IMG/VR virus record: IMGVR_UViG_2684622582_000009
DNA: 18,533 nucleotides
Source: a virus
Taxonomy: Duplodnaviria > Heunggongvirae > Uroviricota > Caudoviricetes
Direction: 5' to 3' (one strand)
How positions within the stretch are numbered: the stretch's first letter is position 1; each line of letters opens with the position of its first letter. Positions 1-8,700 of this stretch are shown piece after piece. A program made the position numbers and the translations under genes. The notes below the pieces were generated by a model, which was given only the letters and a program-made list of their open reading frames with translations, was not told the origin of the DNA and ran no database searches.

Positions 1-825
1 CTATTTCTTCTCTGTAATTTTTACACTGTTTTCCAACTGCTTGATGCTGACCTGCGGGGTCGGCAACTCCTCAGGCATGGTTCCGCCAAGTTCCTGAATG
101 GTTTGCCTCACCTTGCGACCCACGTCAAAGTGTGTGGTATTAGCTTGCTGTTTTGAATTCACGCCATCCCGCTTGAGTTTTTCTTCTGTTTGGGTAGCTC
201 GAAAGAGATTAGCCGCCAGTTCTGTTGAACCCATATGATCCAGGATCTTCTGACTCTTTTTCAGCCCCTTCCGCTGATGGATGGCTTTCTGATCTAATCC
301 ACCATACAGTCCCCGGTAACCATGATTCTGAAATATGGCGAAATCGATAGCTGTCGCTACCCCAGCTTGCTGCGCTGCCTCAACTAATTGTTTGTTATGT
401 TCTTTCAACTCATTTCTCAGAAAAAGACGCTTTTCGTCTTCACGAAGTTGCCTGAAAGCTTCATCGTCAGCCAGCTCCTGCCGTCGGGTCTGGATAGCAA
501 AATAAGTTTGCCCTGCCGCAATAACCGGTTTCGCAGGGTCGCCGTTTTGTACTACCAGGTAACAGGCATAGCGGGAGAGATGAACATCTTCAAGTTCTCG
601 TTGAGCCCCTGAACCTAATACAACCATTTTGGTGGTTTCAACGAAATGGTCAGATGCAGCTTGATTGCTGGCTTCGCACGCTTGAGTCGCGCGGGCCAGT
701 ACCTTTTGAAAATTGCGCCAGTCCCGATAATCCAGTAACGGTGCCAATTCTCTCGCTGACCAAAATTCTTGCCCTTCAGTGCCATAATGCCGTATTTCTT
801 CAAAAGGTTGATGATGTTCGTTCAT
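1..825 (-). CDS. dinD: DNA damage-inducible protein DinD (274 aa; complete, stop codon at 1..3)
   Basis: The 278-aa ORF 1..837 contains an internal Met (MNEHHQPFEEIRHYG...) at 825 preceded by a GGAG Shine-Dalgarno, giving 274 aa, the length I recall for E. coli DinD. The N-terminal sequence matches my memory of DinD. A LexA box lies 46 nt upstream. Identity is from recall, not a search. Confidence 0.85.
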   Translation of the reverse strand: MNEHHQPFEEIRHYGTEGQEFWSARELAPLLDYRDWRNFQKVLARATQACEASNQAASDHFVETTKMVVLGSGAQRELEDVHLSRYACYLVVQNGDPAKPVIAAGQTYFAIQTRRQELADDEAFRQLREDEKRLFLRNELKEHNKQLVEAAQQAGVATAIDFAIFQNHGYRGLYGGLDQKAIHQRKGLKKSQKILDHMGSTELAANLFRATQTEEKLKRDGVNSKQQANTTHFDVGRKVRQTIQELGGTMPEELPTPQVSIKQLENSVKITEKK

Positions 826-870
826 TGCCCACTCCATATGATATCGATTGCAAGGAAAGTAAGTTTACAA

Positions 871-886
871 CTGTGTTTATATACAG
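871..886 (-). promoter_or_regulatory. LexA (SOS) box CTGTGTTTATATACAG upstream of dinD
   Basis: Read directly: CTG-N10-CAG with an AT-rich core, flanked as AACTGT...ACAGTT (869..888). Its reverse complement AACTGTATATAAACACAGTT is nearly identical to the dinD SOS box as I recall it. Confidence 0.8.
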
Positions 887-1521
887 TTGTGAGTATCTCA
901 CGTTCTCACTGCGCTGGGCAAAAAAACATCGCAAAATCTGGAGCAGGCACGCAAAACAGAATTGAATGTTGCGGGGAGGAAAAATGCCGCTCTGTTTGAG
1001 TGGGCGGCATTTGTGAAGGCTGAAAAGGAAGAATTGGCGTTACGAGTTGGATCTGTTTGTAGAGTGTTGGCTTCAATGCCGCATTGTGGCTGGTTTCTTT
1101 CTAATGCGGTTTTTGATTATGTACACCCTTATGTACACGGTTTTTTCGGGTGCTTTGGCCAGAAGCCATTGTCTACATCCCTCACGATCGAGGTGTGTAA
1201 CCATGTTCAGGCTTGTTGTCCTGCGCGCGCGTATTGCTCGTGAAATTGCTGTAACCAATAGTGATGTCCGAAAAAACCTCCGTTCTCACATGAAACAGCC
1301 ATGTGCAACTGGTAACTGAATAGACTGGTAGACCGTTCGTTCAGTAAATACCTGATATTTTCGCCAACGAGAAATTGCGTTGGCTGGCAGAGTGCAAATT
1401 TGCACGATGACCTAACCCATTGATTTTTTCGAAAACCTACAATGCAGGAAGCCGGATAACACCATTTTTATAGCTCCGATCCCTTCAAAGTGAGGGGGAA
1501 TTTGCCAAAACAGAGAGAGCA

Positions 1522-1809
1522 TTACTGTCTCTGGCAATCTTTATCGCGATAACGCCTGAAGTACCCTCTCGCTTCCTCATCCATACCAAGAGCCGAATGA
1601 GTCCGCTTAACTGCCTGTCTTAAATCTCCGAATCTGTCTGTAGTTGCTGGTGGGCGTGCCGCCTTACGGATACATTCAGAGCGTCTGTTTGCTGCATGTT
1701 CACGTTCTTTATCGCCATCTGCCAGCATCATGACTTCTGCCCATCGTGCGGCAGCTCTCCGGTATAGCCCTTTTGACTCCAGCTCTTCAGCTTTCCTGTC
1801 CCTTATCAT
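1522..1809 (-). CDS. PerC-family transcriptional regulator-like protein (95 aa)
   Basis: ORF with a GAGAGG Shine-Dalgarno about 5 nt upstream of the ATG at 1809. The N-terminal segment AEELESKGLYRRAAARWAEVM resembles the conserved A-x-x-LE-x-x-G-[LY]-[WY]-RRAA-x-RW signature I recall for PerC/Pch proteins, which are common on E. coli P4-like islands. Confidence 0.55.
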   Translation of the reverse strand: MIRDRKAEELESKGLYRRAAARWAEVMMLADGDKEREHAANRRSECIRKAARPPATTDRFGDLRQAVKRTHSALGMDEEARGYFRRYRDKDCQRQ

Positions 1810-1838
1810 TTCTGCCTCTCAGATTATATAGATAAGCA

Positions 1839-1966
1839 AAAAGGTGTTGGTTCAGTTGGTTCAGTTGGTTCAATTTGTAAAGAGCGTTGTTTTTATTGTG
1901 TTTTTTCTAAAATATTGAACCAACATCAACTCATTTTGAACCAACAAAAAGTGTCCGTGAACTAAC
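1839..1966. repeat. Iteron array A: three tandem GTTGGTTCA (1846..1872), then inverted copies TGAACCAAC at 1916..1924 and 1937..1945, and a degenerate TGAACTAAC at 1958..1966
   Basis: Read directly. Positions 1839..1884 are the exact reverse complement of 9395..9440. Interpretation as an alpha-binding ori/crr-like site is by analogy with P4 type I iterons. Confidence 0.7.
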
Positions 1967-2296
1967 ACTCTGTCAAATAGTCACTACATATATGAACGGT
2001 GAAGACTAAATTCGCCAGCAAATAGCTTATATAGCACCGCTTTATGCCGCAGTTATGCTGGAACAGTAATCATTTCACAGAACCGCCTAACTACTATATG
2101 GCACCTGCTAAAAAGCACATCAGCCTAGTCAGTTGATCGGTGCATGGATATCCTAACAATTCAACTATATAACGTGATCTCCCATGTCGATCTACTGTCA
2201 TGCAATGATTAACAAACACATAGACACATCTGCTTGGCGCATTGATTAATCACTGATCATCCATCAGGATATGCGAACCACCGTCACCAGGTTAGG

Positions 2297-3382
2297 ATGA
2301 TTCTCAAAAGCCACCTGTATTCAATGCCTTTGATGGGTTTCATCCATAGTTATTTTCTCGTGACTGACATGGAGATTTTGATTTCAAGGTGTGCAAAAAC
2401 TATCGCAGAGTACAATGGAGCTCAAATGACTGTGGCACCAAAAGATCAAAGTTTGAAATCTGTAAGGGTGGGCTTTTACACAAGCTCTGAGAATATTCGC
2501 ACTAGTAACAAGGGGTTAACCGCAGAGGCCTTTAAAAATCTGTATGATCGGTGTTCTAAAGACTTCAAGATGACCCACTATGCAGACTTTGGTGAAAGAG
2601 AACTTAAAATTCATTTTCTAGACATCTCACCCGAGGATGGCTCCTACTTCGGATTCATGTCTCGAAGAAGAAAAAGCGCAACACTGGCATATATTACAGA
2701 TAAAGAGTGGGTGGAAGAGAAAATCCCTCTAGCCGGGGCAAAGACTCTTTCAGAACGTACATACTTTATTTATTATCCTCAGACAGACATTCTAGTATTG
2801 TCTTTAAATCATTTAGGTCCACGCCATAGTGACTTAGCCTTCCTTCTTTTCAACTCCAGTGATCGCGGAGTCCCTGTTTCTTTTGAAGCCATTTGGAAAG
2901 AAGAAAGCATCAAAGAACTACTCGAAACTGGATCCAATCTAAGAAGCTGCGAGATTTCTGTGGCCATCCCAAGAAACTTCAATGCCGCACAGTATCAACT
3001 CGATGGAATGTTCGCGAATCAGATGATTGAGATGATCAGAGGCACCAGTTCAAGCCACCTGACTATTTCGTTACGCGGACATTCTCCATTAAAAAGAAAA
3101 GCAAAGGGATGGCTTGAGGATGACGTTAAAAAAAGCCTTAAGGAGATGCTAGAAAAGTTCCCTGGTGGTGATGGTCGTTTAACTTTTGAGAAAGCAAATG
3201 TTGTTGCTCAGGGCGATAAAAAGAAGAAAAGTCTTGTAGACGAAGTTCTTACGGTAAAGAAGATGGTGCCTATCCAAGCAGATGGGTATCCGACCGATAC
3301 TGACGTTAAAAATGCTATGCTACAAGCAAAGAATGACAACCTTAGGTATCTAACCCAGTACTATTTGGTTAGTCAAACGTAA
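2297..3382 (+). CDS. Hypothetical protein (361 aa as drawn), first gene of an AT-rich two-gene operon; candidate defence/abortive-infection component
   Basis: Long uninterrupted ORF in visibly AT-rich DNA. Possible starts are ATG 2297 (AGGT about 5 nt upstream) or ATG 2426 (GGAG 5 nt upstream), so the true N-terminus is uncertain. The stop lies 12 nt before the next gene's start. I recognise no family motif by eye. Confidence 0.6.
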   Translation: MILKSHLYSMPLMGFIHSYFLVTDMEILISRCAKTIAEYNGAQMTVAPKDQSLKSVRVGFYTSSENIRTSNKGLTAEAFKNLYDRCSKDFKMTHYADFGERELKIHFLDISPEDGSYFGFMSRRRKSATLAYITDKEWVEEKIPLAGAKTLSERTYFIYYPQTDILVLSLNHLGPRHSDLAFLLFNSSDRGVPVSFEAIWKEESIKELLETGSNLRSCEISVAIPRNFNAAQYQLDGMFANQMIEMIRGTSSSHLTISLRGHSPLKRKAKGWLEDDVKKSLKEMLEKFPGGDGRLTFEKANVVAQGDKKKKSLVDEVLTVKKMVPIQADGYPTDTDVKNAMLQAKNDNLRYLTQYYLVSQT

Positions 3383-3394
3383 CAGGAATACATT

Positions 3395-3832
3395 ATGAGT
3401 TCTCGGAAATTGTTTGCTGCCAAGTCATTGTTTGCTCTAGCTATGGCTATTGCTGGTGCCCATTTTTTACACGACCTAGATCACAATGCTGTCATTTCGG
3501 CTGCTGGTGCTCTTTCAACTATTTCTGGAGTTCTCTTTGGTTTTGTTTTGGCATCAGTCACCATGCTAAGTAGCTTTGATAGTTCAAAGGGAATTGTAGG
3601 CGCTCTAAAAAGTAACGGAGTACTAAAAGGCATTATTGAGGGGCTTTTTGATACAGGAACTACGCTGATCACAGCCTGCCTATTAGCAATGATCTCGATG
3701 TTTGCCCCTGTTGTCAGCAATCTGCCTCTGGATTATTATGCCCTGCTACTCGCAGGGGCATATTTGATTATATCAATGATAACTTTTTTCTTTAACTGGA
3801 AATCTTTATCTAAAATAATAAGTTACATATGA
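3395..3832 (+). CDS. Small integral membrane protein (145 aa, about four predicted TM helices); candidate membrane effector
   Basis: AGGAA Shine-Dalgarno 7 nt upstream of the ATG. Four hydrophobic segments of about 20 to 25 residues (LFAAKSLFALAMAIAGAHFL; AVISAAGALSTISGVLFGFVLASVTMLSSF; TTLITACLLAMISMFAPVV; YYALLLAGAYLIISMITFFFNW). Starts 12 nt after the 361-aa ORF. Confidence 0.7.
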   Translation: MSSRKLFAAKSLFALAMAIAGAHFLHDLDHNAVISAAGALSTISGVLFGFVLASVTMLSSFDSSKGIVGALKSNGVLKGIIEGLFDTGTTLITACLLAMISMFAPVVSNLPLDYYALLLAGAYLIISMITFFFNWKSLSKIISYI

Positions 3833-4170
3833 TAAATATTTCAAAATGAGTCCCCCTGCTACGGATAGTCCTTGGCTTAAAAAATACCGTCACCGCTGAA
3901 TACCCACACAGTGCCCCCACCCATTTAGTTGGCATAATGTATTCAACTGATTGAGGAATGGCTCCTCTTTTACTACCAAACGGCCATCGCTGGCGCATTC
4001 ATCCGCTGGTAGTGGAACTTTTTAGCCATCAGCGCCTCCCTAAATCAATTCCTTACATCGCTCAAATTCAACAACCATTGTTGTAATCTTGCTGCTATCA
4101 AGTAACGCCTTTGTATTACGCCGACTTTATCTTGCCAGCAACATACGCCATCCGATAATTTCGATGTTAC

Positions 4171-4554
4171 GCGCGCGTACTTGTCGCAAAATATCAGACA
4201 AAAGCCAGATTCAGAACGTCGTGATAACCACCAGCACAACATGAGAGGTCATGTAACGCGATTTATCACACCAGATACATGTGATTGGTGTACCCGCATA
4301 AAACATCGTCATAGCGCGTCCTGTGCGCATATACGCCGATAATCAACACATCACCACCACTCTGACTTATGTAGAGAACAGTTTTATGGTACTCCCCTCC
4401 ATCGTGCGCGTACTGGTCGGACGTAGTTGCAAAATTTTTTGCAACTGATACCCCTCGCGCGCGTACTTGTCTCGAAATTGGTGTTTTGCTGTGGCAGTGA
4501 TATCAGAAAAATCTTCCTGTTTCACATAAAGCGGATATGCGCGTACTGTAACGG
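4171..4554. repeat. Four same-orientation copies of a GCGCGTACT(T/G)GT-like motif (about 4171..4185, 4404..4418, 4456..4472, 4537..4550) plus a perfect palindrome GTTGCAAAATTTTTTGCAAC (4426..4445)
   Basis: Read directly in the intergenic block between the membrane-protein gene and the signal-peptide gene. Function unknown; could be operator sites, arm-type sites or a packaging-related element. Confidence 0.5.
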
Positions 4555-4664
4555 CCCCATCAACTGGGAGCGGATTTGAAATCCCGACCCAAGCTATGTA
4601 CCAAATGCCATGTCTTGGATATATGATGATTGCCATTCTAAACAACGCTAAAGGGAGGGTTGGT

Positions 4665-5063
4665 GTGAATCAATTGAAGCGATTGGTTGTCTCCGGTTTA
4701 TTATTTGCTTCTTTTGGAGCGAACGCTGAATGCTGGATTATTGGTGATCTGAAAGGACAAGAAGCCTCAAGTTTAGATGGGTATAACTATAAGTTATCAT
4801 CTATACCAGATACATTTCATTTGGTAATAAGTAAAGAGAAGGCGGATCTTATCTTGGCAAAAGATGGTATAGGTGGAGGTATTGATTATTACCCGCTATC
4901 TCCGAATGCCATGATGGGAAGAAGCTATCGAGATGGTCAACTGACGCTTGTCACATGGGCAATCTCAAATGACGGAAAAGTGATCCATACACGAACAATT
5001 AGTCGATCTGATATAGGCTCATTTACAGGCTCATTTGTCGGCAATGTTAAAGGCAAGTGTTAA
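4665..5063 (+). CDS. Small secreted/periplasmic protein (132 aa from GTG 4665) with a Sec-type signal peptide
   Basis: A strong Shine-Dalgarno AAGGGAGGG (4652..4659) sits 5 nt before the in-frame GTG at 4665, whereas the upstream ATG at 4596 has none. The N-terminus NQLKR-LVVSGLLFASFG-ANA|E has the n/h/c regions and AXA site of a signal peptide. The mature part has a Cys near each end. Confidence 0.55.
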   Translation: MNQLKRLVVSGLLFASFGANAECWIIGDLKGQEASSLDGYNYKLSSIPDTFHLVISKEKADLILAKDGIGGGIDYYPLSPNAMMGRSYRDGQLTLVTWAISNDGKVIHTRTISRSDIGSFTGSFVGNVKGKC

Positions 5064-5124
5064 TGTTCATAACTATTTGAAAAAATACTAATTACTATTA
5101 TAACCAACCATCCATGGCCATCTG

Positions 5125-7230
5125 TTATTGAGCTTCCTTTTGCGATGCTTGTGCTGCTGTGGTCAGTGATTGTGTGACCGTACTGATCGCTCTGTCATAT
5201 GCTGTGCTACCTTTTGGCGTATTTGCCAGACGTAACAAGGCATTTCGTATAACAGGGCTTTCGTATGCCTTCGCTGCTCCGCCTACGGAACCAGCAGCAG
5301 GAACAACAAACGCAGCCGTTTTTAGCATCCCCGCTAATACTGCTGCGTTTATGATGCCACCACCAACTAACAATCCATAAAGCTGCTGACCATTTAAGTT
5401 TTGAACGTTCGCTTTTGCCGCGTGTCTTGTATCGTTGAGGTATTTAATAACGCCGTCCAGTTCCTTTCCATGTATGCCTTTAAAGAAAGTTGCTGATTGC
5501 TTCCTGTTCCGGTGTAACGCATTAATAAACTTCTCAACACTGATATTTCCAGACGGATCAGTCGCCTTATCTACAGCATTCTGAACTATGGCTGCTCGTG
5601 CGTTTTGCCTACCATTGTCATCCAGAAGCCTGTAAAGCTGAGAACGTTCTGATGGGCTTTGGCTAAAAACAAGTTTTGTTACATCCTCAGGCGTGGCCTT
5701 GCCGCTGGCTATTGCCTTTTGAACGCGCGTTCTTCCCATCATGTCATTGAATTTAGACCATGAGCGATCAACCCTTGCCATATTAATAGCTTCGTCTGCT
5801 CCAAGATTTTTGGCTACGGCTTTTTTCATATCCGCCGTATATGCCTTGTAGATAATATCGCTGGCTTTCTGGAGCGTATCTTTATCAACAGTGTCAGATG
5901 ACGCCATAAATCGCTTTCGAAGATCGGTTCTGTTTTCCCTCGCCAGACGCAGGTCATTTGGTCCGCTGGTGATATCGTCTTTAAATTGCTGCAAGACTTT
6001 TACCGCGGCTCTATCCTGAGATTTGCCCGGGCGGCTTAACACGGCAATCTGATTGTCGATAGCTTTTACCGTGTTTGAGAGATCGACAGGGGTATCCCCC
6101 ATAGCGTCAATTATGCGGTTATATCGCTTTCCTGCTGCCTCAATGAATTTTTGTTGCCCTTTAGTCGCAGATTCATAAAGCTGTTTATCAGAAATGCCAC
6201 CCAGACCATCGCTAAATGTTCTGACTAAATTTTCTCGTGCTTGTTGTTGATTCAGCCGATTCTTACCGGTTCCAAAAAAAGGAACTCTTTCGCCTAATGT
6301 CTGAGCCTGACTCTGCATAAAGGTTTTATCTTTCAGCATGTCACTGGTCATTAACGGCAGATTTCTTTCCGATGCAAAGTCGACAGCAGCCTTTGCTTCA
6401 GGCGATATATCACCACGAACAGCCCTCGAAACCGCACTCGCTGTATTTTCCAGCCCCTTACCAATACCACCAATGCCAGCAGAAATTACCGTTTGTAACG
6501 GATCAATATCTTCTCCACCAGCGAGGCTGGTGGCTCCCTGTAGTGCTAAATCTGTAGCTGCTGATTTCCCTATGGCCCCCAGCACCGTTCCGGCCCTGCC
6601 CGCTGGTGTAAACGCCAGCGCATTAGCCAGAAACGATGCCACGTCTTGCGGCGATAAACCCGGCTTGTTCAGAGCATAATCACCGGATGGCAGGGAAACG
6701 ATAGTGTTACCCTTCTCATCCTGCCTTAATTTCGCTCCCATGCTCTGAAGAATCTTTTCCTGAGATGCGTCAGAGCCGAAAAGTTGAGACCATCGAGCTT
6801 TTAGAGCATCCATGCTGAGTGAGGTTAACTCTGGGGCAAGGTCGACATTTTGCAGTCTCTCCATCTCTGGAGTCATTCGGCTTTCGCCTGTTATAGCATC
6901 GCGCATCGCAGCCCCAAGACTGGCTCCCTGTTCTGCTGAACGCTCAAGCCCCTCTCTTTGCTGAGTAGCTAACTTTGCATACCCTGACGCAAGAGAATTA
7001 TCAGATGATGTATGTTGAATATTTTGAGTTGCTGATTGGGATCGGTCTATTTCATTCGTTGATGGTAGTGGATAGGCAGCATAAAAAGCCTGCTTAGCCT
7101 GCTCTACACTTTCTCCGGCTTGCGGGGCAACGACTTCATTGAAGTATTGCTCCTGAGCCTGCGCTTTTTGTTCTGGTGCTAACGCCTGATACTGTGGAGA
7201 GGCGATAACATCTTTCCATGCTTTAGCCAT
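5125..7230 (-). CDS. Large hypothetical protein (701 aa), A/Q-rich with a C-terminal glycine-zipper hydrophobic hairpin
   Basis: ORF with a GGGGTGA Shine-Dalgarno. Its ATG overlaps the upstream gene's stop (TAATG at 7228..7232), indicating translational coupling. The C-terminal segment LYGLLVGGGIINAAVLAGMLKTAAFVVPAAGSVGGAAKAY is about 40 hydrophobic, Gly-rich residues. No Walker A or other catalytic motif is recognisable. Confidence 0.75.
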   Translation of the reverse strand: MAKAWKDVIASPQYQALAPEQKAQAQEQYFNEVVAPQAGESVEQAKQAFYAAYPLPSTNEIDRSQSATQNIQHTSSDNSLASGYAKLATQQREGLERSAEQGASLGAAMRDAITGESRMTPEMERLQNVDLAPELTSLSMDALKARWSQLFGSDASQEKILQSMGAKLRQDEKGNTIVSLPSGDYALNKPGLSPQDVASFLANALAFTPAGRAGTVLGAIGKSAATDLALQGATSLAGGEDIDPLQTVISAGIGGIGKGLENTASAVSRAVRGDISPEAKAAVDFASERNLPLMTSDMLKDKTFMQSQAQTLGERVPFFGTGKNRLNQQQARENLVRTFSDGLGGISDKQLYESATKGQQKFIEAAGKRYNRIIDAMGDTPVDLSNTVKAIDNQIAVLSRPGKSQDRAAVKVLQQFKDDITSGPNDLRLARENRTDLRKRFMASSDTVDKDTLQKASDIIYKAYTADMKKAVAKNLGADEAINMARVDRSWSKFNDMMGRTRVQKAIASGKATPEDVTKLVFSQSPSERSQLYRLLDDNGRQNARAAIVQNAVDKATDPSGNISVEKFINALHRNRKQSATFFKGIHGKELDGVIKYLNDTRHAAKANVQNLNGQQLYGLLVGGGIINAAVLAGMLKTAAFVVPAAGSVGGAAKAYESPVIRNALLRLANTPKGSTAYDRAISTVTQSLTTAAQASQKEAQ

Positions 7231-8696
7231 TAATCACCCCATAGTGAAGAAAAGTTACTGCTGGCTGCTGGCTGTGATACCTGCTCAGATTGCGGCAATG
7301 TCTGCGACGAAGAAGCAGTTCCTCTGTCAACTGCTGAAATAACCCGCAAAGCATCATAAGTTCGACCAGAAGCAGCTTTCAGCGAATTGAACTGGTTTTC
7401 CATCTTCCGGCGCTTGGTATCAATGGTTTTTGTGGAGTCGCCAGGCTGAGGGAAATACATTTGATAATATTTTGACATTTCAGCAGGTGCGATAGCTGCC
7501 CCTGTTTCCTGACGGAGTATTGCCATTATTGCGTCATTAGCATTAACAACGTATTGCTGCTCTGCTGGGCTGAGCGTTAAGTTAGCCAGCGTCCCATTAC
7601 CCAAAGCATTATTAATGATCGCCACTCGCTGTGGGCTAAGCTGGTCTTTCAGTGTATCTATTGAATCAAGAGCATCCCTAACCCTGTATGCAAATCCAGC
7701 AGCTTTTTTAGCCCCTTCTGGCGACTTTTCCATGATCTTTTGGGCTGTTGGCAAAGCTATTGGACGAAACCCATCTCCAGATATTGGCTGGTTTAGTTTT
7801 CCCTGCTCTTCACTTCCGTCTGTGTAGTATTTTGTGACAGTGCCATCATCGTTTTCTCTAACACTCATTAATTTTTTGGCGTTTGTATTAATTCCAGCCG
7901 CTGCCGCAAATGCCGCCGCCCCCTCTGGATCCGCCTTTAACATTTGCGCGTACTGATTGTAATTCTGCATTGCGGCTGTTGGTGCATATGCTGACGTTAA
8001 CGCATTTGCTCGGCTAATATCCTGCCCTCTCGCCTGAAGTGCTTCTCCGGCCTGATTGCTGCGGATTGTCTCTGCCAACTTGCCACGCTCAATATCCCGA
8101 CCTTCCATTTGATCTTTGATATCGAAATACTTCTCATGACCGAGAGAAAACAGCGCCAGATTACCTGCGAAATGCTGGAAGCCCTGCGGGTCATTAACCT
8201 GCATTTCAGCAATAGTTTCTGGAGGGATACCTAAACGACGCATCTCCTGCTCATTATCCATCATGAACCTGCCAAATGCGCCCTGACCAAGCGATGAGGC
8301 TACCTGTGCTTTGAGCGCCAGATTGCCATAATCATCCCTTTGAGCATCATCGACATAACTCATCCCTTTACGGACTTCCTCAAACTCTTCTGGGAATGCT
8401 GTAATAAGATTACGCATCTGCTCCCTGTCACCGGACGCATAAGCATCTGCATAACCTTTCTGGAATGCTGCTTTACGCTCCTGCTGTTGCTGCTGCTTAT
8501 AAATATCAGCAACTCCAGCCAGACCACGAAGACCTGTCAGAGCAACGTTATTTGCACCTGAGCGAGCCAGTTCATTGTTTTCGCGGATCAGACCAAGCGT
8601 TGCGTTAATGTCGCTTGCTTTTGGCGCATTCTCATTTTGCGTACCGATGCCAGCCAGAAAACCACCAGAATTAATACCCTGTTGCCACGTAGCCAT
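7230..8696 (-). CDS. Large hypothetical protein (488 aa from ATG 8696; 492 aa if GTG 8708 is used), A/Q-rich, low complexity
   Basis: Long ORF translationally coupled to the 701-aa gene. The track start at 8708 is a GTG overlapping the upstream small gene; the ATG at 8696 (MATWQQG...) lies 4 nt after that gene's stop. Contains a QQQQQ run and many Ala/Gln. Confidence 0.75.
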   Translation of the reverse strand: MATWQQGINSGGFLAGIGTQNENAPKASDINATLGLIRENNELARSGANNVALTGLRGLAGVADIYKQQQQQERKAAFQKGYADAYASGDREQMRNLITAFPEEFEEVRKGMSYVDDAQRDDYGNLALKAQVASSLGQGAFGRFMMDNEQEMRRLGIPPETIAEMQVNDPQGFQHFAGNLALFSLGHEKYFDIKDQMEGRDIERGKLAETIRSNQAGEALQARGQDISRANALTSAYAPTAAMQNYNQYAQMLKADPEGAAAFAAAAGINTNAKKLMSVRENDDGTVTKYYTDGSEEQGKLNQPISGDGFRPIALPTAQKIMEKSPEGAKKAAGFAYRVRDALDSIDTLKDQLSPQRVAIINNALGNGTLANLTLSPAEQQYVVNANDAIMAILRQETGAAIAPAEMSKYYQMYFPQPGDSTKTIDTKRRKMENQFNSLKAASGRTYDALRVISAVDRGTASSSQTLPQSEQVSQPAASSNFSSLWGD

Positions 8697-8700
8697 AAAT

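Noticed and set aside
388-999. Track ORFs 388..612 (+), 615..803 (-), 654..965 (+) and 769..999 (+) overlapping dinD
   Set aside because: They lie inside or antisense to the well-supported dinD gene or its LexA-box promoter, have no ribosome-binding sites, and look like shadow ORFs.
1079-1115. Hairpin CCGCATT-N17-AATGCGG followed by TTTTTG as a plus-strand terminator
   Set aside because: No plus-strand gene upstream to terminate and the 17-nt loop is large; at most it may be part of an att or boundary structure.
962-1319. Track ORFs 962..1243 (+), 1047..1319 (+) and 1073..1258 (-) in the junction region
   Set aside because: Mutually overlapping, Cys/Trp-rich translations without convincing ribosome-binding sites; more likely non-coding junction or att-site DNA.
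1846-1872. Possibility that the tandem GTTGGTTCA units are a CRISPR array
   Set aside because: The units are only 9 bp, directly abutting with no spacers, and mirrored by inverted copies; this is an iteron pattern, not CRISPR.
4561-4595. tRNA-like T-loop suspicion at GGATTTGAAATCC (4572..4584)
   Set aside because: The loop reads TTTGAAA rather than the TTCGAAT-type T-loop and no acceptor or anticodon arm can be built around it; it is treated as a simple palindrome.
3810-4645. Minus-strand ORFs 3810..3998, 4045..4242 and 4367..4645
   Set aside because: They fall in the repeat-rich intergenic block, have odd composition and no ribosome-binding sites; the repeats explain the open frames better than coding does.
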